Shown one piece after another: positions 42,542 to 51,927 of a DNA stretch of 64,000 bases. This stretch comes from Polyangiales bacterium. GTDB lineage: Bacteria; Myxococcota_A; Polyangia; Polyangiales; JADJQN01. The stretch covers positions 64,001 through 128,000 of the forward strand of contig CAXNJO010000012.1 in assembly GCA_964202905.1 (NCBI GenBank), read 5' to 3'. The position numbers and the translations under genes were made by a program. The notes beneath the pieces are model-generated. The model was given only the letters and a program-made list of their open reading frames with translations. It was not told where the DNA came from and did no database searches. Every line of letters starts with the position of its first letter. Position 1 is the stretch's first letter.

Positions 42542-43017
42542 GCCGCTTCTTCGGGACGCGGGCGGGGAACGCGTCCGTGATGGTCGCGCGGGCGATCGTG
42601 GGCGTCGTGTTCCTCGCGGCCGCGCTCCCGAAGATCGCCGATCCGCACGCCTTCGCGGTCGCCATCGACAACTACCACCTCGTGCCGGAGGCGGTCGCTC
42701 GCGCGGCCGGCGCAGCCCTGCCGCTGCTCGAGCTGGTCGCGGCGCTCGCGTTGCTGAGCGGCGTGCACGCGCGCGGCGCGGCGCTCGTCTCGGGGGGCAT
42801 GCTGCTCGTGTTCGCGGGGGCGCTCACGCACGCGCTGCGCCTCGACATCAACGTCGACTGCGGCTGCTTCGGGGCCGCGGCACGCTCGGAGGTCGGCTGG
42901 GGCAGCGTCGCGCGGAACGTCGCGCTGACGGCGCTCTGCGCGCTGGTGGTGCGCGCACCCGACGTCGGCTGGCGCGCGCTCGTCGGGCGCGGCGCACCCA
43001 GGCGGAGCGGCGCCTGA
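42538..43017 (+). CDS. MauE/DoxX family redox membrane protein
   Basis: R..VG.VFL.AA..K..DP..F, LPLLEL, DCGCFG, ARN; overlaps rhodanese stop (ATGA). Confidence 0.88.
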   Translation: MSRFFGTRAGNASVMVARAIVGVVFLAAALPKIADPHAFAVAIDNYHLVPEAVARAAGAALPLLELVAALALLSGVHARGAALVSGGMLLVFAGALTHALRLDINVDCGCFGAAARSEVGWGSVARNVALTALCALVVRAPDVGWRALVGRGAPRRSGA

Positions 43018-43065
43018 CACCGCGCGGCGCGCCCACACGCAGCGGCGCCTGACACGGCGCGGCGG
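42987..43065. repeat. 35-bp imperfect tandem repeat (about 2.3 copies) at a convergent gene junction
   Basis: agcggcgcctgacac at 43006 and 43041. Confidence 0.75.
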
Positions 43066-43074
43066 GCAGGCGCG

Positions 43075-43995
43075 TCAGCGAGGTCGGCGGCTGCGGCGCG
43101 CGCGCACGAGGAGCACGAGACCGACCCCGAGCGCCGCGATCGCGGAGGGCGACGCGGCGCGCCCCGTGCCGGCTGCCCGACAGCCGCATCCTTCGTCGGG
43201 CTCGCCGCAGCGCAGCGTCGCGCCGCCGCGCGGCGTGTCGTCGCAGGCGGCGCCGTCGAAGGTGCCCGGCGGATAGGCGTTGCAGAAGCCCTCGACGTCG
43301 TCGGCCTTGAGGATGCGCTTGAGCACCTCGCCGGGTGGTGAGCTCGGGAACATCGACGCGCTCGCGACCGAGCTGTGTGCGAGCCCGAAGTAGTGCCCGG
43401 CTTCGTGGGTGAGCACGTTCTGCAGGTCGACCCGACCGTCCGCGCAGCCCGTCGGTGACGGGCAATCGGCGTAGACACGCCCGTCCTCGTTGATCTCCAT
43501 GTCGACGTCGAAGATCTCGCCGGTCCGGGTGCTGTGCCACACGGTCGTCACCGCATAGGCGCTCGGGTCGTAGCCGCGCGCGGGCCAGTCGTCGGCGAAG
43601 ATCATCGTGCTGACGTTCGGACCATCGATCACGTAGTCGGACCGATCGCAGAGGCTCGCGTCCGCGGCGAGGTGCGCCTCGAGGCTGGGCATGCCCGGGG
43701 TCGTGACACCCTCGCACTCGATGGTCTCCCATTGCGCGAAGGAGAGCGCGAAGAGTTCGCGCACCCGCGCGAGCGGGATCGTCGCGGAGCCGGCGCCGAA
43801 TACGTGGTAGCGCGAGCAGGGGCGCCGCCACGCGAGTGGCGTACCCGTCGGGCACATGCCGGCCGGGGGCGGCGACTGCGAGGTCGTCGTGCGGCACCAG
43901 GCGCGCGCCGGCCGGACGCCGAGCGGCGCGACGAGCACGACACCGAGCGCGACGAGCACGGCCAAGACACGGACGCTCGCGGGGTCAGGGCGCAC
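43075..43995 (-). CDS. Matrixin-like metzincin metalloprotease with MYXO-CTERM sorting signal
   Basis: Signal peptide ARA-W; HEAGHYFGLAHS; Met-turn ASMFP; C-terminal GCGC + hydrophobic helix + RRSRR. Confidence 0.9.
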   Translation of the reverse strand: MRPDPASVRVLAVLVALGVVLVAPLGVRPARAWCRTTTSQSPPPAGMCPTGTPLAWRRPCSRYHVFGAGSATIPLARVRELFALSFAQWETIECEGVTTPGMPSLEAHLAADASLCDRSDYVIDGPNVSTMIFADDWPARGYDPSAYAVTTVWHSTRTGEIFDVDMEINEDGRVYADCPSPTGCADGRVDLQNVLTHEAGHYFGLAHSSVASASMFPSSPPGEVLKRILKADDVEGFCNAYPPGTFDGAACDDTPRGGATLRCGEPDEGCGCRAAGTGRAASPSAIAALGVGLVLLVRARRSRRPR

Positions 43996-44614
43996 GCTGC
44001 GCCTCGCGGAGCTGCCGGACCGCGGCGCGGACCTCGCCGAGCGGACGCGGCGTCGCCAGCGCGGGCGGCGCAGGTACCAAGGCTCCGCGCACGGCCTGCA
44101 CGAGGGCCAGCCCCTCCCCGCCCGGCAGCACGCGCTCCTCGCCGCCCCGCACCTCAGGCGCCGCGAGGTGCATGACGCCCTGCGACATCCCGACCGGGCG
44201 CAGGCGCCCGCTGCCCGACGCCGCAGGCGCCGCGAAGACCAGTACCCGCGTGCCGTCCGCGAAGAGCGGCTCGCCCTCGATGCGCATGCCGAGCTCGCCG
44301 ATGGCGCCGCCGAAGCGCTCGAGCACGACCCGGTCACCGACCTGCGCAGCCCCGAAGAGCGTCTCGTCGACCCGCAGCGTGACGTCCGTAACGATGCGCC
44401 CGCGTTCATCCCAGCGGGGGTGCTGCGACTCCACGCGCGCGACGACGACCTGGCTCGCGCGCGCGACGAGGGCCGCCAAATCGAGCGCGAGCATGAGTGA
44501 CGCGGATGCGGACGGCGCGATGCCGAACACGCTCAGCGGCGCGAGGAGAAGGACCGCACGGAGAAGGGCCGCGCGCACGCGGAGAGACACGGGTGCTGCC
44601 ACGGCGGACAGCAT
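43985..44614 (-). CDS. Secreted hypothetical protein translationally coupled to the matrixin
   Basis: Signal peptide; LVARASQVVVARV, IVTDVTLRV, GG.IG..GEPLF..G..VLVF, GMSQG. Confidence 0.75.
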   Translation of the reverse strand: MLSAVAAPVSLRVRAALLRAVLLLAPLSVFGIAPSASASLMLALDLAALVARASQVVVARVESQHPRWDERGRIVTDVTLRVDETLFGAAQVGDRVVLERFGGAIGELGMRIEGEPLFADGTRVLVFAAPAASGSGRLRPVGMSQGVMHLAAPEVRGGEERVLPGGEGLALVQAVRGALVPAPPALATPRPLGEVRAAVRQLREAQRAP

Positions 44615-44896
44615 GCGGAGCGCAGGGTGCGCGGGTCAAGGACAGGCCAACAGCGCGGCGCAGCACGGGAGGCCGCCCGGTGCAGTAGGCGGACCGGCGC
44701 AGCAGGCAGCCGGCGCGGCACGCGTCCCGCGACCGCACATGGTGCGCGACGGCAAGCGGCGCCGACGGGCCCGTGCGCGGCGACGGACGCGCGAAGGCCG
44801 CTCGACCCGGCTTGCGGGAGAGCGGCCTCGCGGGGGAGCGGCCTGTCGCGGTCGGTCGTCGGAACCGGGCGACCCGCGCTGGGCGGGCGGCCGGGT

Positions 44897-47198
44897 TCAG
44901 CTGCCCGACTGCTCGAGGATGATGAACTGCGAGCGGCGGTTGCGCGCGCGGTTCGCGGGCGTGATGTTCGGCACGAGCGGGCGGGTCGAGCCGAAGCCCT
45001 TCGCCTCGAGGCGGCTCGACTCGACGCCGCCCTGCTCGGTGAGCCAGCGACGCACGGCGTCCGCGCGGCGCTGCGAGAGGTCGAGGTTGTGGTCCGCGGA
45101 GCCGACGTTGTCGGTGTGGCCTTGGATTTCGACCTTCGTGAGCTGCGCATTGCGGAGCATGACGTCCGCGATCTCCGCGAGGAGCGCCGTGCTCGACGCC
45201 TCGATCACGTCGCTGTCGGTCGCGAAGTTGATCTGGCGGCGGATGACGATCTCGCGGCGACTCACCGTGACGGTGGCGCGGGTCGGCTTGCTGACGAGCG
45301 TGACGCTCAGGTTCGACGTCTCACGCGGGCGAACGTCGAAGGTGGCCGTCTTGAGGAAGAAGCCCTCGGCCTCGAGGCGCGCCGTGTAGCTGCCCGGCGT
45401 CAGCCCCTCGAGCGAGAACCCACCGGACGCGTCCGTCGTCGCCTGACGCGACATCGGGCCGGTGATCGCGACCGACGCGCCGCCGACGGCCGCGCCCGAA
45501 TCACCCGTGACGTTCGCGCGCACGTTGCCGAGGCGCGGGAGCGGCTCGAGCTCGCAGCGGACCTCGACCGTCGCGATCTCGCGGGCGGGCGTGGGCTCGC
45601 CGGCCGGGGCCGGCGTCGCAGGGGCCGCCGGCGTCGGGATCGTCGCGACGCACGTGCCGGTGTTGTACTCGGGGTGGGCGACCGAGAGCTGCACGTCACC
45701 CGGCTCGAGCTCGTACGTGGTGAAGGTGCCGTCCTCGGCCGCGTGCAGCGCCGTGAGCGCCCGCGCCGGGAACGAGATGACCGCGCCGGCGACCGCCGTG
45801 CCCACGCCGCGCTCGACGACGACGCCGTGGATGCGGCCCTTCGGGGGCAGCGGCGCCTCGCGCACGACCTCGACCTGGACCTCGCGGATCGTTTCGACGC
45901 GCTCGACCTGCGGGCGCGTGTCGTACGCGTAGCCGACGCCGAGCATGACGTTGTACGGCGCGGTGGCGGCGAGCTCACGCACCGAGGTCGTCACACCCGT
46001 GAGGCCGATGTCGACCGCGGCGAACGCCGCGAGGCCGCGGAACGGCGGGAGGACGCGCACGCCGAGGGTCAGCGTCTGCGGGAAGGACGACGCGCCCTGG
46101 ATGTCGAGGCAGCCGTCGTCGCCGGCGATCGGCGTCACGCTGCCCGGCGCGCTCGGGACGAAGAGGCAGCTGTAGCCCTGCCGGTTGATGGGCACCGCGA
46201 GGCGCCACTCGAGCATCGGGCTGATGACAGAAGTTCTCGGCGGCCTTGAGCGGCGCCTCGACACCGAGCGCGAACGCGAGGCGGTCGACGCGGTTGATGC
46301 CGAGCGCGAAGCGCTCGACGCGCGAGAGCAGGTTGCGCGTCTCGTCGCCGTAGTCCGGGTCGCGGTCGGCGGGGTCGAGCGCATCGTAACGCTGACGCTC
46401 GATGCTGTTCGTGAGCTGCGACGAATTGTCGAGGAAATACTGGAGGTTGAAGCGCGCGACGATCGGCAGCGGGCGCGCGAGGCGGCGGAAGTCGCCCGTC
46501 ACGTTGCCGCGGATGCCGAGGCTGGTGCTCTTGCCGACGAGGCCGATGTCGCCGACGGTGTTGAGCAGCGCGAGGGTCAGGTCGCCGCCGACCGTGAGCC
46601 ACGGGAGCTTCGGCAGCGTGTAGAAGCCCTTCGCGCCGAGCGTCGTGTCGCCGAGCACCTGGAAGAGCGAGGGGCTCTCGGTGTCGTTCGAGTTCGCGTA
46701 GCTCGAGATGGTGCCGAAGACCTCGAGGAAGTCGAGGGGCGTCCAGCTCAGGCTGAGCGCGCCGCCGACCTGACCGTTGGTGTCGCCCTCGTTGAGGAAG
46801 TCGGTCGCGGAGAAGAAGTTCGTGCCGAGCTGGAGCCGGAAGGTGCCCCGCCCGCCGCCGCCCGCGTCGACGACGCGGATGCCACCCGTGGGCCCACCCC
46901 AGGTGTTGTGCGCTTGGAAGCGCTGCGCGCGGAGACGCTCGGCGGCGTCCCCCGGCTCGGCCGCAGACGCGGCGTCGGTGACCGGAGCCGCCTCCCCGTC
47001 GTCCGCGGTGTCGGCGTCATCCCCGGCGGGCGCGTCGCCCTCGACGGTGGACGGCTCCGACGAGTCGGCGGTGTCGAACTCGTCTTCGAAGTCGTCCTGC
47101 GCGCGGACCATCGACGGACCGAGCGAGGCTCCGGCGAGGAACGCTGCGGCGAAAAGAACAAGGAAGAAACGGACCTTCGAGACTGTTGCGATGCGCAT
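44897..47198 (-). CDS. OmpA family outer-membrane protein (beta-barrel, carboxypeptidase-regulatory-like domains, OmpA_C); frameshift near 46230
   Basis: Signal peptide and acidic linker, amphipathic beta strands, TTDASGGFSLEGL, INFATDS..IQGHTD..NLDLSQRRA..NRR. Confidence 0.88.
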
Positions 47199-47325
47199 CG
47201 GTGCTCCTCGCCCATGACGGCAGGCGCCGGGGTGCACTCCCGCCCCGACGGCGCGCCCTTCATACACCGACCGCGCGCAAAGATCCAAGAATCCCCGCCG
47301 AAGTCGTGCGCGACCCGCGCGGACG

Positions 47326-47667
47326 TCAGCGCGCGCTCGGCACCGTGAGCCGGACCTGACCGCTCGGAGCGATCATCACGGTGTGCGGCGCCGGCGCAGG
47401 GCCGCCCCCGTCGGGCACGAAGCGCACCGTCGCGAGCCCGCCCGGGACGCCGGCGATCGTGCACGCGCCCGCGCGGGTGTGGCAGGTGTACGAGCGCGCG
47501 GGCGGGGTGTTCGGCGTGATCGTCACGGTGCCGTCCACGGGGGGACGCACCTCGACCTGGACGGTGGCCTCGGCGAGGGCGGCGCGGGGCGCGGCGCCGA
47601 CGAGGAAGCAGAGAGCCAGAGAGAGCGCGGAGACGAGGGGCGCGAGGCGGACGCGGGGGCGAAGCAT
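47326..47667 (-). CDS. Small secreted hypothetical protein
   Basis: MLRPRVRL signal peptide (ALA-E), beta-rich domain with a Cys pair. Confidence 0.6.
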   Translation of the reverse strand: MLRPRVRLAPLVSALSLALCFLVGAAPRAALAEATVQVEVRPPVDGTVTITPNTPPARSYTCHTRAGACTIAGVPGGLATVRFVPDGGGPAPAPHTVMIAPSGQVRLTVPSAR

Positions 47668-47842
47668 GGGTCGGACCTCTCGGCGAAGTACGCGGCGGCG
47701 GCGCGCAGCGGGGAGCGTGGCAGCGCGGGGCTGGGACGCAGCCGCGTGGGCGTTGATTCTATGCCGGACGCGCACCGCGCACGCCACCAAGCCGGGGCGG
47801 CGATTTCTGGCCCCGGATCGGCACCGCGATAGAGTCCGCGCC

Positions 47843-50212
47843 ATGTCGAGCCGCACGCGCCTCCGCTCCCTCGCCTCGCTCGCGTCCGCCGCGGGCCTCG
47901 CCGCCTCGCTCGCGGGTTGCAGCCCGACGCGCAGCGGGCCCACGCCGGGAGCCCCGATCCGTCGTGAGCGCGCGGCGACCGCGCCGACGACGGCCCCGAC
48001 GCAGGAAGCCACGCCCGCGCACGCCGACGCGCCGGCCCGCCCCGCGCCGAGCGTGCCGACGACGACGGCGCGCGTGCACTTCGCGCTCGCGGCGCACGTC
48101 GCGCGGGCGGAGCTGCGCAGCGGGCCGGTGTTGCTCGAGGACCACGGCGTGCCCGGCGGCGCGAAGTACACGCTCGGCGGCTGGCTGACGAGCACGGGGG
48201 ACGACCGCGTCGTCGCAGGCGCGAGCGCGATGGTCATGCCGGGCACCACCGCCAAACTCGCGCTGCCGGCCGAGCGCACCGACGCGCAGGTGATCGCCGT
48301 GCGTGCGCGGGCCGGGCGACGCGAGCGGCTGCGCGTCTTCCTGAACGCGCGCGAGATCGGCAGCGGCGAGCTCGCGGCCGACGGTGCGTGGACGACGGTG
48401 CGCGTGTCGGTCGCCGCGGGCGCGCTCAAGCGCGGTGAGAACACGCTGCTGCTCCGCGCGGAGAGCGCGGGGCTCGCCGTCGATTGGGTGAAGCTCGGTC
48501 CGGACGCGGACGTCACCGACGCGCCGCCGCCGTCGCCCGAGCAGCTCGTCGCGCTCGAGGGCGGCGAGCCGGCGCTCGTGCTGCCGGCGGGCTTGCGCGC
48601 GGGCTTCGCGCTCGAGGTGCCCCGCGGTGCGCGATTCCGCGCACGCGTGAAGGGCGCGGAGGGCGCGCAACTCGAGGTGGTCGCGCAACGCGACGGCGCC
48701 GACGAGCTCGTGCTCGGGCGGACGGCGGCGACGGCGCAGGGCGCGGCGATCGACGCGGACCTCGGCGCGCTCGCCGGTCAGATCGTGCGGATCGAGCTGC
48801 GCGCGCAGGGCGGCGAGACGCGCGCAGTCGGCCCCGCGGTGGTGACGCTGGACGGCGCGGCGCCCGCGGCCTCGCGGCCCGTGAAGAACGCCATCGTCTA
48901 CCTCATCGACACGCTGCGCGCCGACAAGCTCCAGGCGGTGAACGCGCGCAGCCGCGTGCAGACGCCGGGCCTCGCGCGCTTCATCGAGCAGGCCGCCGTG
49001 ATGGCCGGCGCACACACGCAGGAGAACTGGACGAAGCCGAGCGTCACGACGCTGCTCTCGTCGCTCTTCCCCTGGCAACATCAGGCGGTGACGACCGAGG
49101 CGGTCGTGCCGGCCGCGGTGGAGTTGATCCCCGAGACGCTCTCGGCGCGCGGTTTTCACACCGGCGCGTTCATCGCGAACGGCTACGTCTCGGATCGCTT
49201 CGGCTTTCGGCAGGGCTGGACCTCGTACCGCAACTACGTGCGCGAGGGGCGCCGCAACGTCGCGCAGTACGTCGCGGCCGACGTGCTCGAGTGGCTCGAC
49301 CAGCGCCCGCAGGAGAAGCCGTTCTTCCTCTACGTCCACACGATCGATCCGCACGTCCCCTACAAGCCGCCCCGCCAGTTCCTCGAGATGTACGACGCGA
49401 CGCCCTACTCCGGCGTCGTCGACTTCTCGTCGGACAACGAACTTCTCGAGAAGATCAAGGCGGGCCGCATCCCGCTCGACGCGCGCGACAAGGTGCACCT
49501 CGAGGCGCTCTACGACGGCGAGATCAGCTACCACGACGTGCACTTCAACGCGATCGTCGACGGCCTCGCGCGGCGCGGCCTCGCCGACGACACGATGGTC
49601 ATCATCGTCGCCGATCACGGCGAGGAGTTCTGGGACCACGGCTCCGTCGGGCACGGGCACTCCGTGTACGAGGAGCTGCTGCACATCCCGATGATCGTGC
49701 GGCTTCCCGGCACGACGCAGCGGCCGCTGCGCGTCGAGGACGCCGTCGGGCTCGTCGACGTGATGCCCACCGTTCTCGAGGCGCTCGGCCAGCCGCTGCC
49801 CGACGGGCTCGCGGGGCAGTCGTTCCTGCCGCTGCTGCGCGGCGAGACGCCCGACGCGCCGCGCGCGACGGTGAGCGGCTTCATGGAGGGCTGGCGCACG
49901 GTGGTGAGCGGCCGCTACAAGCTCATCCACCGCACGCTCGAGCGGCAGATGCTCTACGACCTCGAGCGCGATCCGCGTGAGCAGACCGATCTCGCCGCCG
50001 ATCGCCCGATCGCGGTGCGCTACCTGCGCGGGATGCTCGGGCTCGCGCTCGGCGCCGTCGAGGGCACGCCGGCCCAGACCCCGGCGCAAGGGCGACCGAC
50101 GACCGCGCCGCGCGCACGGCCGCAGGTGCACGCGCAGGAGACGACGACGATCGATCCGCAGACGGAAGAGCAGCTGCGCGCCCTCGGCTACATCCCGGGC
50201 GCGCGGCGCTGA
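47843..50212 (+). CDS. Sulfatase/alkaline-phosphatase superfamily lipoprotein
   Basis: Lipobox LAGC; LIDTLRAD, NWTKPS, DPHVPY, YDGEI, ADHGEE..HGH, LRALGY. Confidence 0.9.
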   Translation: MSSRTRLRSLASLASAAGLAASLAGCSPTRSGPTPGAPIRRERAATAPTTAPTQEATPAHADAPARPAPSVPTTTARVHFALAAHVARAELRSGPVLLEDHGVPGGAKYTLGGWLTSTGDDRVVAGASAMVMPGTTAKLALPAERTDAQVIAVRARAGRRERLRVFLNAREIGSGELAADGAWTTVRVSVAAGALKRGENTLLLRAESAGLAVDWVKLGPDADVTDAPPPSPEQLVALEGGEPALVLPAGLRAGFALEVPRGARFRARVKGAEGAQLEVVAQRDGADELVLGRTAATAQGAAIDADLGALAGQIVRIELRAQGGETRAVGPAVVTLDGAAPAASRPVKNAIVYLIDTLRADKLQAVNARSRVQTPGLARFIEQAAVMAGAHTQENWTKPSVTTLLSSLFPWQHQAVTTEAVVPAAVELIPETLSARGFHTGAFIANGYVSDRFGFRQGWTSYRNYVREGRRNVAQYVAADVLEWLDQRPQEKPFFLYVHTIDPHVPYKPPRQFLEMYDATPYSGVVDFSSDNELLEKIKAGRIPLDARDKVHLEALYDGEISYHDVHFNAIVDGLARRGLADDTMVIIVADHGEEFWDHGSVGHGHSVYEELLHIPMIVRLPGTTQRPLRVEDAVGLVDVMPTVLEALGQPLPDGLAGQSFLPLLRGETPDAPRATVSGFMEGWRTVVSGRYKLIHRTLERQMLYDLERDPREQTDLAADRPIAVRYLRGMLGLALGAVEGTPAQTPAQGRPTTAPRARPQVHAQETTTIDPQTEEQLRALGYIPGARR

Positions 50213-50271
50213 ACGGGGCGGCGCGGGGCAGTCCCGCGCACGCCGGATTCGTGGCGACACCAACCCGTTGC

Positions 50272-50373
50272 GCGCCGACGAACCGAGCGCGCCCACGAAC
50301 CGAGCGCGCCGACGAACCGAGCGCGCCGGTGAAACGAGCGCGCCGGTGAAACGAGCGCGCCGACGAAACGAGC
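50272..50373. repeat. Intergenic 17-bp tandem repeat, 6 copies
   Basis: gcgcc(gac/cac/ggt)gaa(c/a)cgagc x6, no spacers. Confidence 0.92.
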
Positions 50374-50377
50374 GCGG

Positions 50378-51457
50378 CTACGCGCCAGCGGGGCGCGGCG
50401 CTGGGTCGATGCGGCGCGCCTCGCCAGCCGGGCGCGGCGGGCGAGCCGGCACGGGCAGCCCGCGGTCGCCCCACGCGAACACCCCGAGCGACGGTCGCGC
50501 GACGGGCGGCTCGGCGGCCGGCGTCCACGAGGCCGCCAGGGTCGGGCGCCCGAGCGGACCACGCGGCGACGCGGTCGGCGCAGGACGCGCGGCCGGGGCC
50601 TTCGACACGTCGGGGACCACGCGCGACGGAGTGGGTGCGGGGGGCACCGGGGCCGCGAGCGACTCGATCGCCTCGACCGGCTCGGCCAGTCCGAGTTCCG
50701 CGTCGGACGCATCCGCCTCGATCGACGCCTCGCCCGCGTCGGCCCACTCGCCTGCGTCCTCGGCCGCCGCGTCCGCGACGTCGGCACCGATGTCGTCCAC
50801 GGCATCGTCCGCGACCGCCGCGACACCGAGCGCGCCGAGGTCGAAGGCGGCCGTGTCCCCCGATGCATCCTCCGCGCCGGCCTCGAGCGATTCGTCCTCC
50901 GCGTCGGCGTCGAGCGATTCGTCCTCCGCGTCGGCGTCGAACACGGCGGGCCCTGCAGCGTCCTCGGCGCCGGCGTCGAACGCCGCCGCTGCCTGCGCAG
51001 CGTCGTCGGCCGCGGCGTCGTCGCCCGCAGCCTCGACCGACGCGTCATCGCCCGCCGCGCCCGCGTCGGCCGCTGGCTCTTCCCCGGCCTCGGCGCCCAG
51101 CTCCGCTGCGTCACCGCCCTCGGCGTCCGCAGCGCCCTGCGAGGCCTCGAACCCCAGCAGGATGCGCTCCCACGCCTCGCTGGGGGCGCCCTCGTCGACC
51201 TGCAATTCGCCGAGGTAGATGTCGAAGCGCTCGGCGGCAAACTCCTCGCCGTTGTCGTTCGTGCCCGCGTGCTGACCGAGCCCGGCGAGCCCCGGCGTGC
51301 CGTCCACGAGCAGCACCTCGAAGCGGATCCACTCGCCTTCCGGCACGTCCTCCGGCGCGCGGAGCACGAGGTGCTCGCCCGTGAAGAACGGCGTGAGCCC
51401 GTCGACGAGCTCGGTCACGTCCTGGAAGGGGCTCTGGATCGTCAGCGGGTGCGTCAT
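50378..51457 (-). CDS. Hypothetical protein: degenerate PilZ-like N-terminal domain plus acidic low-complexity region
   Basis: PEGEWIRFEVLLVDGTPGLAGLG resembles myxobacterial PilZ-like domains; D/E/A-rich linker with a 27-bp duplication (DADAEDESL x2); coupled to xseB (ATGA). Confidence 0.6.
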   Translation of the reverse strand: MTHPLTIQSPFQDVTELVDGLTPFFTGEHLVLRAPEDVPEGEWIRFEVLLVDGTPGLAGLGQHAGTNDNGEEFAAERFDIYLGELQVDEGAPSEAWERILLGFEASQGAADAEGGDAAELGAEAGEEPAADAGAAGDDASVEAAGDDAAADDAAQAAAAFDAGAEDAAGPAVFDADAEDESLDADAEDESLEAGAEDASGDTAAFDLGALGVAAVADDAVDDIGADVADAAAEDAGEWADAGEASIEADASDAELGLAEPVEAIESLAAPVPPAPTPSRVVPDVSKAPAARPAPTASPRGPLGRPTLAASWTPAAEPPVARPSLGVFAWGDRGLPVPARPPRPAGEARRIDPAPRPAGA

Positions 51458-51702
51458 CGGTTCTCCTCTTCGTCGAAAGGCCGCGTGCGCACGCCGCCGG
51501 ACTCGTCGCCGAGCAGGCGCTCGACGCGCTGCTCCGCCTCTTCGAGGCGTCGTTGTCCGAGCCGCGAGAGCTGCACGCCCTCCTCGAAGATCGCGAGCGA
51601 TTGCTCGAGCGGGAGGTCCCCGCGCTCGAGGTCGTCGACGACCTTTTGAAGCCGCGCGAGGAGCTCCTCGAAGGGCACGGACTCGGTGGGCGGGTTCGGC
51701 AT
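51454..51702 (-). CDS. xseB: Exodeoxyribonuclease VII small subunit
   Basis: FEELLARLQKVVDDLERGDLPLEQSLAIFEEGVQL...LEEAEQRV. Confidence 0.95.
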   Translation of the reverse strand: MPNPPTESVPFEELLARLQKVVDDLERGDLPLEQSLAIFEEGVQLSRLGQRRLEEAEQRVERLLGDESGGVRTRPFDEEENR

Positions 51703-51927
51703 GGGCACGACCGCGCGGAACGATGCACGAGCCGCGGCGCGCACGTCAATCGTTCTCGCGGCGGCGAGACCACAGGCGGCGCGGGAACGCGTGGGCCGCG
51801 GCGTCGGATGCGGGCGTCGATCCGAGGACCGATGCGCGGGCCGATGGATACGGGCGACGTCGAGTCGGGACGCCCGGACGCCGCCGAGTCCCCGCCACGC
51901 GACGCGCCGACACCGGCCCCGGCGCGC

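Noticed and set aside
50272..50373. Possible CRISPR array
   Set aside because: Units are contiguous 17-mers with no spacers, and there are no cas genes in the window
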